Assembly: GCA_040954595.2 (NCBI GenBank)
Contig: CM082583.2
Location: 4,703,374-4,767,373, forward strand
DNA: 64,000 nt
Direction of reading: 5' to 3'
From: Balanoglossus misakiensis
Lineage: Eukaryota; Animalia; Hemichordata
The notes beneath the pieces are model-generated. The model saw nothing but the letters and a program-made list of their open reading frames with translations. It had not been told where the DNA came from and did no database searches. A program made the translations under genes and the position numbers. This document shows, piece by piece, positions 14,147 through 26,228 of this stretch. Positions within the stretch are counted from its first letter, which is position 1. Every line of letters starts with the position of its first letter.

Positions 14147-15638
14147 ATGAGCAGGGCCAAGCCGAGCCAAGCCTGCGTTGCCAAGGCAACCAAACAGACG
14201 AAGAAGGTGAAGGTCAAAGGTGGAGGAGACAAGCGTGGTGCCGTAAATGGGACAGTCCCCAAACATCAGAAAGGTGAATGTGTGGTCTTTTGTTTCTGAG
14301 CTGAGCAAATATGTCCCCCACGGATGCTAAATTCAAAATAAATTGCACCATGCTTCAAACACCAAACTGCTCGATACATATATATTAGGTACGGTAACAA
14401 TCGGAACACCTTAATATTGCGCCCGCATGGTGAAATTTTGCATACTCTTGTTTTTGTCACGGTACAAAGGGTGAGAGAAAAAGGACTCGACGAATTGCAT
14501 TGTCAAATAGTCAAATAATGAAGTGAAATGATTTGGTTTCTCATTCCGTCGTTGTTTTCCCCTTTCAGAGAAAAAGCTACTCTTCCCGAATTGGGACAAG
14601 TCCGACGATGACGACGACTACTTAAATGATCTTAAACAGTCGGATTTCCTCCGCACAAAACTTGAAGAATGCTACGATCGGAAGGTGAACATCCCGGAGG
14701 GATCCCTGCAGGAGTACAATCAAATATTCTCGGACATCATCAACAGTTTACTGCCCAAACTTCAAAGGAACACGTCCCGCGTTCGGTGTCTGGACCCGGT
14801 GTACGTCGGCAGCTCGGTGGATAACCTGATGGTGAAACCGCGCGTTCACTACGACGTACAGATCCCCATATGCGTGGTCGGTCGAGTCACGGTGGAGCAC
14901 GCCAGACCCGGGTTGGTCACGATGAGAGTGCCCAGTGTGCCGTCGGGCAGGGCGAAGGAAGACCGCTGGGGAGGTTGGCGATCCCCCGATAACTACCTCT
15001 CGCCGGTTTTAGCCAACCAGATGATGTACAAGTTCGTACTGCAGTGGATGAGCATGCGCGAGCTGCCGGATGTCGCCGTCGACGACTACGAGCCCGGCAG
15101 AGTCATTTGCATTCGCGTCGGCGACAGCATCAGCATCGACATCACCCCGATGATTGATCTCAAACGCAAGGAAGACCCGTATCCGTACATAGCCAAGCCG
15201 TTCAGATACGAACGCGAGCCGGAATCCGAATACTTCTGGAGAATCTCGTGTTTCGAGCGCGAGAAGGAGCTGCTGCAAACGATCGAGAAAGCCGACGGCG
15301 GCTACCGCTGCAAGGCGCTGAAAATCCTGAAAGCTCTACGGCGCGACGACGTAGCCTTGCAACACCTGACGACATACCACATGAAGACCGTGCTTCTGCA
15401 CATGTGCGACGGACAGGTAGATAAATTCAGGTGGCAAAAGCACAAAATCGAGAGTTGTTTCACGTCGCTACTCGAAGAACTGCTGGAGACAGTTCGCCAG
15501 AGACACTTGCGTCACTTCGTTCTGACGGACGTCGACCTTCTTGAGAATATTCCCGAAGACGTCATGACGACTATTGGCAACCGATTGAGGATTCTGTGCA
15601 CCAGGGAAAGAGAATTAGGTCGGTTGCTGGATAAATGA
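14147..15638 (+). CDS. Mab-21/cGAS-like nucleotidyltransferase-fold protein (cGLR family), MiD51/MIEF1-like, about 398 aa
   Basis: Exon 14147-14273 (donor G|GTGAAT) joins exon 14569-15638 (acceptor TTTCAG) in frame. Motifs are YVGSSVDNLMVKPRVHYDV (hGS...[DE]hD region), NYLSP, SIDITP, YIAKPFR, FWRISCFEREKELL, ADGGYRCKALKILKAL, HLTTYHMKTVLLH and LRHFVLTDVDLL, which are typical Mab-21 NTase and helical-bundle signatures. Confidence 0.9.
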
Positions 15639-16026
15639 ATTGCCTCAGTCTGGAGGATACCTCGCTAATCATCCACATGTACTTTTCAGACATAAGGTTT
15701 TAAGCATGCTGGTTATCTCCAATGCAGATCACTGCCAAACAACTGTCAATTGCAAGCTCTTTTAATATTTTTCGTACTTGTAGAAGAACTTTGCCGCAAC
15801 CATTGCTTTTTTGGTCAAAATGGCAAAGACGCGCACTGCAGCGGCAAGGCGGTCGACCTTGAGCAGCCAACAAAAAAGAAGTTTGGTGCATGTTTGAATT
15901 GCAGTGACAAATTTTAAATTTACTTTATCATTTATAGAGAAAGTTGGCATTTGACAAACTCTGAGAACTACATCCCATATTATAGTAGGCCTAATAAGTT
16001 ATTACAGCAAAACTTTTATTTATACG

Positions 16027-16042
16027 TGCGCCCTCTAGTGGC
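16027..16042 (-). promoter_or_regulatory. CTCF consensus site
   Basis: The minus strand reads GCCACTAGAGGGCGCA, matching the CTCF core consensus. It lies between the cGLR 3' end and the next gene. Confidence 0.55.
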
Positions 16043-17346
16043 AAATCCGTCCTATCATTATGTGCCAACAGTCTACGAGTACATTGTGAACATGAATCAT
16101 GGATTATAATCGTTAACTTTTAAGTCTTGCCAAAAAGGGGACGACAAAATTGGACTTTATTTCAAACCAACGCTAGAACGGAGAAACAGAAATGGTTTGA
16201 ATCTGAAATTTGTTCATGAAAAAATTTGGTTAACTCAATGTTAGTTTTTGTACACTTTATAATACACAGGTTGTTGAACTTGAAATTAATGTTGTTACTT
16301 TGTACCGTTTCCGCGTGTTGCCACTTAGAAACTCTGATAATTAGTTTTATTTAATCAAAAAGTCGTGTTTTGTCGATGATAGCCACCTACTTCTTCGGGT
16401 ACGCTACTAAACACGCCAACAATACGCATTAAATGTTTGTTGTCAAAACTCGAGTTATTGACATAACTGATTTCAGACACACACACGTTTACGTGCTCAC
16501 ACTGCTACCGATTCTACCAAGGGGACCATAATTCGTCGTAAGTATTTTACAAAAGCCAGCCAGCCAGACAGACAGATGTGAAATAATCTAATATACGCCA
16601 TGATCTTTTTTAGTAGAATAATTCGTCCATTTTAAGACAAGCATATGCTTGGGGTTAAATAAATCAATTTGTCGAACTTTTTTATGAGCCTTTTTTATGA
16701 GTCCCGTATCTTGCTCAGAAATCGGGTGCACAGACGGCAACAAGGACGTTCGTGTCGACAAACCAAGCAGAAAAATAGACCCTATTATGGTTTATTTTCC
16801 ACCACTGTTGACATTGAGCTGATTTGTCAAGCGGACAAAAAGTAAGACGTCCGTTGAAAGACGTCTGACGGTCGTGGCAATCATGTAACCTTTTGAGTAC
16901 ATTAAACCGCGCCAAACAACAGGGACTACATTCTAAACAAATCGACGTTTCTCTCCTTCTAGTCTCGTGGCATTGTCAGTGTGTACCCGGCCTGACCTGT
17001 GATTTACATGACAAACGTCTCCCCCCAACTCTAGTGCATACAGCTGCACTGTCCAACACAAAACGACCTTTCTTTAGCTTCATCGCTCGCCCAGACCCCA
17101 TGCAAAAGCGTGTAGACGCATCTAGCAACAGCTTGCTGAACCGGAAACAACGGAATAGGAGACCCCGGAGAGGCTTCCCCTCTCGCACGCCCGCTACTAC
17201 ACACCGTTTTGTTTTGTTTTTACAACGCCTTCGTGTATGAGATTATTGATCGGGTAACTTCAACGTTATAAGGCGTGGGAACGGTGAGCCGCCGTCTGGA
17301 AGAGACGCCATTTCACAGACTGTGACCGAATGGAAGACAGGACAGA

Positions 17347-19931
17347 AGTAAGTGCACAATAAAGTCTCTGTCTGTCTTATTAAAACGTGACGGATTCTTC
17401 TCGCCGGTGCGACGACCTCGGGTTTGTTTGAACAAGAAACTGGCCTCCGCTCCCGCTTCGCGTCTCTGTTTTGTCGTTGTCATACCAACAGCAGACGCAC
17501 ACTATTGTATGAACTTTTTTTGATCGGTTACGTGTTTGCCGTGTGCGATAAGTGTGTTATGTCTTGTTTTTAGTATGCCTGGGGGCACGCCCGCCATATT
17601 TGTATAATAGCTGGGTGTAGTCTCTACCCAAGTCTTCTTAGAGACAAACTACCTGTTGATCTAATATGAAAAAGTTATCGTGCTGGTGTTTTGGGCGTCT
17701 GGTTAACACCAACATGTGTGCGTGCATAAACACGTACGTGTAGAACATCCCCGCCCAGTAGCAGAGAGTGTATGTTCTCAAATGAATAATCAATCGAGCC
17801 CATGCTTCAAACAAAGTCGGGCATGACTTTCGGATTCACTGGCTTTCGAGTAAAACAACTCAGTGAAACACCGTCATTCATAACTTATTAATTCAATGGA
17901 GGAAGTAAATCGTCAATATTACTGCCTGATTGCTGACGTCATGAACATTGTTCACTCTAAAACGGAAAAAATGTCATGGTTAAATTTTAAATGGTGGCAA
18001 TTTCGCGCTTGTAACAGGCAAACGTCCTCCCTTAGTGATATGACGGATAGGATAGCCTATCAGATTACCAATACCGGTCAATGTATACTAGTGTTAAACA
18101 CAGTAATCCTGCCAACCTTCCGATTGGATTGGACAACTTGCAATTGAACGAATCAGTCGGTATAGTAGGTGTCTGGTCCATTCACCTGTACTATTTATAG
18201 TCACAATACGACATTCTAAATTAAGACAAACACTCGACATTCTTATGTAGTAGTATATGTCGCCAGCTGACAGACCTGTGGATCGCGCGACAATTGTATT
18301 GTTGTTGACTATTGCTCCTAACCTCAATTCAGAAAATCGATAGTTGAAGGGTCAACACGGATACGCCCTATACAATTTATTCAAGCTCAAAAATTTGTTT
18401 CGCGAAATATCCAGGCTCGGTTTTTTTTAAATAACAATGATGAGGATGTCTTCCTGATAACTATACATATCTATTACCAGCCTTCCAAGAACTCAAAACA
18501 TTGTATTTGGCCTTATAGTGTTATTAGGTGCCAGCCGCAACTGCAGGGTTAGTTGAAGTCGGCGGGGAAGGGGTCACTTTACGATGGCAAGAACTAGCGA
18601 GAACGGCCTGGTCATCATCGCATTCAATGAATTTAAAGCCAGCTGCATTTCGTACGTCACCTGATTTCTACTTCCTGTTTCGCATTTGATCAACAGTGCC
18701 AAACTCGAGAATACTGAGTCCAAACGACCCGAGGATTAAAGACAGCGAGAAATACAAAGAATGGAAGCTGAAGAAAGAACAGGAGATGGCGGCGGAGAGG
18801 AAGAAGGAGAAAGAACGGGAGGAGGCCGACAAGAAACACCGGGAGGAATTGGCCGAGCAAAGGAAGGTCGACTTTGAATTCTACGAGATGACGAGAGACT
18901 TTGAGCTGCTGGTGTTGCACCTGGCGACAAAGGCCGTCGACGTCGCCGAGAGGAGGTCAAAGGTCAGGCAGGAGAAAGAGAGGCAGGAGGCGGCCGAGGA
19001 GACGATGCAGCACTGGCGGGCGAAGAAGCGGGAAGAGGGGAGGCGGGACAGGGAGGTGCAGAAAAAGAACAAGGCCGTCCAGGATCACCTGGAGCAGAGC
19101 GAACTCTTGCAAGTGCTGAGAACTGAGCACCAGCGAGTCCTGGACGAGAGCTGGAATTTCCAGAAGTGGTTCGACCATGAAGTGGAGCTGCGCGAGCACA
19201 ACATCATGCGTTACATGGAGGATACTCCAAGGTCAAGGTCATCCAGGCCAAGAACTACCAGCGGGAGGTCAAGTGCAAAACTAGGTGAATAATTAAATTT
19301 AACTTTTTTCTTATTATACCTGATCCTCTCTTGATGTTATTTGTGAACGAATCACATAATTACTAGCTCACGGGAAAAGGGAATTTTAAGTCACTCGTAA
19401 ACCAAGTTCTAGGCCTACTCACAATTAAAATATATTGTAATTTTCCTGATTTCCCTTATTTTGTACTTCAACATCATCAACAACAACAACAACAACAACA
19501 ACATCAATGGATAGACGGATATATACGGAATACAGGGTTTTCTGTGGTTCAATAAAAGAAGTGCTGAGTCAGCACTTGCGTGTTTTCGCATCTAAACCAT
19601 GCCTGTTAGTCAAACTAATTTCGGATGAGTAATTGCTCGTCTTTTTGTATTAAATTATCATAACAATATCGTGCGTGTTTATTATTTTATTCCAGCTACA
19701 TCGAGAACGAAAGACGGTTTTTATACTTCGTGGGACGATGACCAAGTGTTGATAAATAAACTGAGAAAGACAGTATCTGCTCATTCGAAAAGGCGCAAAG
19801 CGCAAAGCAGCCAAAGTTCAGAACCAGACGAGGGTTCTGCGGACGACCCAGGCTCGTCCAAGAGCTGTAACAGCAAGCCAAGCAGTGCAAACCCAGGCGA
19901 ACCTCCCGGTTGGTCCTCGTTCAAGAAATAA
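17347..19931 (+). CDS. Uncharacterised charged coiled-coil protein, about 274 aa
   Basis: Exons 18697-19284 and 19696-19931 join in phase 1. The protein has E/K/R-rich helical segments and a Ser-rich tail, and the codon usage looks coding. The start is inferred as A|TG across the donor at 17347 (A|GTAAGT) and the acceptor CAACAG at 18696. No family was recognised. Confidence 0.7.
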
Positions 19932-21879
19932 TTATAATAACTCGTGCAACAACTTTGAAGTCATTCTAGCCGAATTTTGTGGCCTCACATTATGCAGGTC
20001 GAAATTTTGCAAAGAAAATGCGTAAACTGGCTATATGTTTTTTCAAAAGCGCTTTTTTAAAGATACGTGTCTCAGAATATTGATTGATTTACCCACCTAC
20101 TTTGTGAATACTCAAACTCACATTAAACAGCGACAATAATTCAAACACAATTTTACACTCAAGAATACAAAATTTTATTGCGGTTCCATGTAAGATAAAT
20201 AACTTTTATATTTTATTTTAGCAAATAAATGGTTTGGGGATATTTGCCGCCTCACTGTGTTATGAATATAAAATTAACCACGGTTAACGTAACTTTCCCA
20301 TGTTGAGTTACATTAGGCAAGGCACTGTTATCTCAGTTTTCTAAACGCATCCCACATAGCGCGTGATGACAATTTATTCATGCCTACGACCGTCATTCTT
20401 GTCACGGTCAAATTGTCGAGATTTGAGTTTGTCATCTTGGATTCTTGTATATCCCACCCTTTCAAAAATATAGTGAACGAACTTGGACAAAACTTGAACA
20501 AAACAGAATATCTTTATTGACACCGAGGGCGCACTACAACCGATTCGCCCCATATAAACACCTGTTGATTCAAAACAATAAACTCTCATCAACGTTATGA
20601 ATAATAGTAATAGTCTAATACATTACCATTGGCTATTCACTACTATAACCTTCAGTAAGTTCGGCCACTAACCTCATTTTGTTATCGTTGTTTAATAAAT
20701 TTGTTAATGTTACAATTTTTCAAATGAATACTGTCACCAATCCCCAAATAGAAACATGCATTTCACTTCCATTTTAGGTCTTCTACTGACTAGTAAAAAA
20801 GTTTGAGACAACTTTTGTCTCGTCGTTGTAATATAAATGCCACGAATGATACTACTGACATTTCATGATCTGTGAATAACTAGCTGGTGGCGACACACCG
20901 TACCCCGACTGCGAGCACCGGTCAAGCAAGGTCACAACTTTCTCATGCGCGCGCAAGATGTACTGGTAACGAAGGAGGGTCAAAGTTCACAGAGGTTTGC
21001 GTCTGTCGTTACGAAGTTGTCAGTCACTCGTGTCTGAGTTCATTCTCGCCGGTCTCGCTGTGTCATTTGCTCATTCCCGGCGCTGGCGTTGTGCAAGCGC
21101 AAGTGACTTTTACAGCGGCTTTGGAAGGTACGTACACTCTGTAATCTAACAGTTTTTAGAGGCGTGAATCGTTGTAATCTGAGGGTAATTCCGGGAACAC
21201 TTTACCGTTGTCTGGTTACATAATATAAAGATAGCAACATATTAGCTACCGTGTCGCAAACCCAACAATAAAGAAGCATATAATGGCCGTGTAGCATTTC
21301 TCGAAAGCATAAACAAGCTCACCGAGTGTAGGTCAGTTCTCAAGGTCATAATGCATATGGCACCAGCTGCACTGTCTTAGCCCGAGTGTTACCGTGATCT
21401 TGATTCTTGACCTTGACGCCGTGACTGGGCGGGGCAGTCGTTTTAGAAGTTATTCCTTTATTCGCCATAGAAATAAACAAAACGATACTTGTGCAGGAAA
21501 TTAAATGAAACAAATAAATAATCATATTTACCGATTACTTCTGCACAAGATATATAGTTTCCATTGCATAGAGAGAGAGAAAAACTATGGCTGGAAAACA
21601 AGAAGTGAAGCTTGTAATGTCTGTTTCCCATTAAACATGATGATTACCGTATTACAAAAACAAATGTCAATAACTTTAACTTAGCTTTTATAGAATGTAA
21701 CCATAATGATACATACTTGGTGTTTAGAACACATAATGAACCTTTTTTGTTTCTGTTTCAGATTGTTCATCAGCTTGAGACCAGTCAGCCGACGGAGTTG
21801 ACGTTAAAAGAAATTCATTTCAACACCCACACAGCGTTACAACTGTTGCAACGAGGGAAGTAATCAGAGTTCTGTAACA

Positions 21880-24800
21880 ATGGGCAAGCTGAAAACTTAC
21901 GGCATCGCTTTCAATGGCAACCGACAAGTGTACAACCCAGGGGAAGTTGTCTCGGGGTTTGTCATGATAGAATTAACAGAACCACTGCAGTGCCGGGGTA
22001 AGTCATCACCACCCAAACATATGCTAGATTAATTTATTAGCACGGCCCGTTGCAGTGTTGGCATGGACGAGCAAATCTTTCACTCATCCATCAGCCCCAG
22101 GGCCAAGTACCATAGTCGGAATAAATTTTCTAGCCCAGCCTCAGTTTCAACTAGCCCACCAGTTCACGGATCAGTGTTAAATGCCTGTCATGCTAATCAG
22201 TTATCACTAGCCTGGTCATAAAAACTACTTTAATATCTACTAACCATGTGTGGAGGGACTATGTACTAACCCATACAAACTAGTGGATTTGCTCACCTCT
22301 GGGTGAGGCAGTAAGTCATAACAATACGAGACACAACAGTGGGAAAATAATACTTCATCTTAAAGAGGCCTGTGGTTTATGACGCTGGTTATGAGAATTG
22401 CCACTGTGTTTCATTAACCTCCCCAGGTGGATGTTTGTTGTTCTGCCTGGATTTCTGGCACAATATGTAATGTAGCAATATGTGTCTTATTCATTATTTG
22501 ATGATTCATTCTCTTGTAGTTGTACATGCATGTACAAACAACTAAGCTTTGCAATGATTACATGTATGTATTTCCAATTTCAGGTGTGCGAGTGAGGTTT
22601 TATGGTGAGGCGTACGTCCACTGGACTGAATCTGAAGGCAGTGGAGACAACAGAAGATCGGTTTCGTATTCAGCCAGAAACGTTTATTTCGATGAAAAAA
22701 TGACGTTGTGGGGAAAAGGTAATTACAGTAGTGTACATCATTTGTAATGAACATCACATGTTTGAAGAAAAAAAAGAAATAGCCTAAAATGGATCATTAC
22801 AGGAAGCCTCCATTAAAACTACTTCACTTGGTATCCGACTTGGCATTGCCTGTTTAGTTTTGTTATTATTTTGTTATTTCACACTTCCTTGTGCTTGGTA
22901 ACTGACACACTTTTCTATTTTCTTTTTAATCCCTTCAAATATTTGAATATGATTAATCCCTTGATAACTAAGAGAAGAAGCGAGGTCCTAACTTTTAATC
23001 GAGCTTTCCCATCATGTCTGTCTCAGATGACTTTGACTAATAACACCCTCGTTGATTCTTTTCACAGCTGAAGGGGACCGGAGTGGAGAGAACCCAACCC
23101 TGTCAGTAGGAAGCCACCAGCTGCCCTTTCAGATGCAGCTTCCCCACACCGGACTCCCCAACTCCTTTGAAGGCTCCTCGTACGGATATGTTCGCTACAT
23201 CATCAAGTCGAACATTGACCGTCCGTGGAAGTTTGACCACACGACCAAGGCGGCGTTCACAGTGACTGGGGTTCAGGTGGACCTGAACAAGATTCCACAT
23301 GCCATGGTGAGTATTGTTGGCAAACGTTGCAGAAAAAAAATTATCAGATGCAATGTCCCTCAGTCACATTGTGACAAAGAATTTGGATATACATGTATTG
23401 TAGCTTCAGTCAAAAAGTTTACAAACCCTAATTTACATATGCCCATATTTGGTTAAATGGGCCTGACTCTTAGTCCTCTAATGACCAATGGAAATCTGAG
23501 GTTTGCTCGATCTCCACTTTACCTGTTAACTGTGGTTAAATTTGCGTACAGAATGCTGTTCTCTTGACGATTCTGATGTACTTTGCTTTCTTGAAACAGT
23601 ATTCCCAGCAAGACGAAGCTGAGAAGACCGTGTGCTGCCTGTGTTGTGCCAGTGGTCCCATCACAATGGCTGCAACGACCGACAGAAGTGGGTACACCCC
23701 TGGCGAAAACATTAAAGTCGGTGTCGACGTCAACAACGTCAGTTCTAGAGATATTCTGGCCATGGAAATCGGCCTTGTTCAGGTTAGAATTGTCTTGTTT
23801 GCAAAAAAATTTGGCTTGATATAAATCTGGCTGTCCGTCTGAGCATGTATTCTCACCCTCTTTGTGGAATTTTCCCTACCTTAAATAGGGTTTTGCTGCC
23901 TAGGTGAGTGATAAAAATCTCGCATGGTCGACACAATTTCAAGATGGCCGATTTTTGCCATGTTTAAGAAATGGGCGTTCATAACCTAAAGTGATATTCA
24001 GTCATTCTGATACTTTGTAACAGAAAAAAATAAAAAAGTGAAAAAAGTTTATTGACTTTAATAAAAAATTAAAGGCAGAAATGTCTTGAAATACAGTAAA
24101 CATATCATTTCTTCTATCTCTTACTACAGTGAGTTGTTGACTTTTTACCCAGAATGCAATTATTATAATGTGATTTGACCCTCTAGCACAAAGTGAAAAC
24201 TAATGTAAGGCAGCCAGAATTGATGTAGAGCCTTTTTATTATTTCACTAGGTGGTGACGTACACAGCATACCGTCGCGGGAATGGTAGGGCTCATCACCG
24301 CTACACCAGAGACAAAGTGTCGGTTATAAAGGGTCAAGGATGTGAGCCCAACGGTAAAATCAACTGGCGAGACCAGGTGATCCACATTCCACCAATACCT
24401 GCCACTGGTCTAGAAGGCTGTCACTTCATTGATATTCAATACGTTGTGAATGTAAGTCTGATCTGGTGATTTCACACCCCATCTTTCACTAGTCTTCGGG
24501 AGGTTAGATCAGTATCTCTCAAGCTGTTTAGTTCGTTGCCTATAGAGATTTGTTTCTGTATGTCTCATTGATTAGGGCAGTTTGGTGATGAACATTTGAA
24601 CTGTGATCTTTTTGATGGTTTTATAATGGTATCTGTATGTAGAAAATAACATTTTGTGCTTGTAAGAAGTATAATCAATATTTGTTCACTGTCTGTGCTG
24701 CTTTGCGAAAAATGTTTCATAACTTTTAATGTGTGTACTTTGCTGCTGCAGGAACAAAAGGCATTGTATCTGATACTTGATGTGAGATTTCATCCAAGCC

Positions 24801-26228
24801 ATCTTCAGTCTGTGGCACATTTATGTGTGTTACGTAATACTGTGAGACAGGACATTTTCACAGTCAATTTTCATGAACTTAGGCAAAAAATTTACTCGTT
24901 GCGAAATCATCACCTCTGGTGTTATCACGCAAATTTTCTGTCATGAAAATTTCCCACCTTACGGTATTTACCTTGTCATATTTTTTTTTCCAGTTTGAAG
25001 CTGATGTAAGTGGCACCCCCTTTGATCTGAACGTGAACATACCTGTGACTATCGGAAACATACCCTTACAACAGGTGTATGGCTATGACTTCAGCAATGT
25101 GTCGTATCCACCAATCCCCGGAGCCCTGGAACCATCTGCTCCTCCACCTCCGTTGCCTGACGCTCCCCAAGCAGCAAATGCCCAGCGTAAGTTTCTTATT
25201 AAAGCCCCTATAGCTGCTAAATTTCACTTAATTTTTTCCATAATAAAATACTTCAAATATATTCCCTATCCTCTGAAACCCTCACAATTAATATTACTTG
25301 CATTTGGGTCAGTTTGTCATCTCGTGGTGACACATACCACGATAACTGCATACTGTTTGTATGGAGGCTAATTAATTCGGTGCAGCACCGTTTTAATACA
25401 TAGTGTTTTCAAATCGCTACATTCAGCCACAATTGGGCATCGATAAGGTGATCATGTATACCTACCAGTACTCTTATTTAGATGGACCAATTTAAAATGG
25501 AAAATAAAATCATGAAAATAATGCAAAAAGTGGCAGCTCTAGAGGCTTTAATATCTGTTTTTTCATGTTAAAACAACCAATGTGTTTACATTCTTTGAAT
25601 TCTGAGGGTATTTTCCCCCAACAATTTCCATAAAGATTCGTATCAGGGCTCAAATGTACCTTTAATGGCCTTTGGAGATCAATGCTGTACCCAGATATTA
25701 TTGAACGATTTAACAGTGAAAGGTGTTATACTTCTAAAAGTTCATGCCATGTTGATGTTGTTTTAATCTTTTAACGAACCGAGTTAATATGTTTTAATCT
25801 TTTAATTGATGAGAAACAGACAAGCAAATAGCTGAATGCATGAATATTGAATTTCTTGCCTTCATCAAATATACCTACCTGGAGTTCAAGGGAATGCAAA
25901 TACAATCTACTACTTCAGTACTACTTGTTAGGTTTATATGCAAGAGATTTTTTCCTCATTCTGTATTGTTTCACATGTCATTTGGTGAAATCAATTGTAT
26001 TTGCGAGAGCCTTTTTTTACAGTTATGCTGAGATTGCATACAATGACAGTGAGCGTGATTTATTTTTTAATTTCAGCTCCTCCACCTTCTTATGAAGCTA
26101 TATACTCAGGAACAACTAACATCAAAGACAGTGGTGACAATGACTATACTTATGGACAGCTTGACTTTGCTCCCCAATACTCTTACTACAACTGGGACGC
26201 CAACAATAGCAGCAACGCACAGCGCTGA
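21880..26228 (+). CDS. Alpha-arrestin (ARRDC3/ARRDC2/TXNIP family), 406 aa
   Basis: Exons are 21880-21997, 22584-22718, 23068-23306, 23600-23782, 24251-24451, 24994-25186 and 26077-26228. Motifs include VYNPGEVVSG, GEAYVHWTE, LPNSFEGSSYGYVRY, IDRPWKFD, CCLCCASGPI, GYTPGE, IPVTIGNIP and a C-terminal PPSY (PPxY). Confidence 0.95.
24838..24966. mobile_element. Small degenerate TA-flanked MITE, intronic
   Basis: Imperfect TIRs TACTGTGAGACAGGACATTTTCAC and ATGAAAATTTCCCACCTTACGGTA. Confidence 0.45.
25199..25551. mobile_element. TTAA-flanked MITE (Kolobok-like), copy 2, intronic
   Basis: TTAAAGCCCCTATAGCTGC...GGCAGCTCTAGAGGCTTTAA is a diverged inverted copy of 861-1222. It begins 12 nt after an arrestin splice donor. 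Confidence 0.8.

Noticed and set aside
14685-15638. Bacterial CBASS CD-NTase or true cGAS orthologue
   Set aside because: The gene is spliced and has no operonic effector. It lacks the zinc thumb, the first catalytic acid is replaced, and its motifs are closer to MiD51.
2968-15638. Functional coupling between the foldback dsRNA and the nearby cGLR
   Set aside because: Only proximity (about 11 kb) supports it. Such hairpins are common and there is no mechanistic evidence.
24486-24497. 12-nt match to the complement of miR-7 (human MIR7-2 lies near DET1)
   Set aside because: The flanking bases do not match and there is no precursor hairpin, so it is a chance match.
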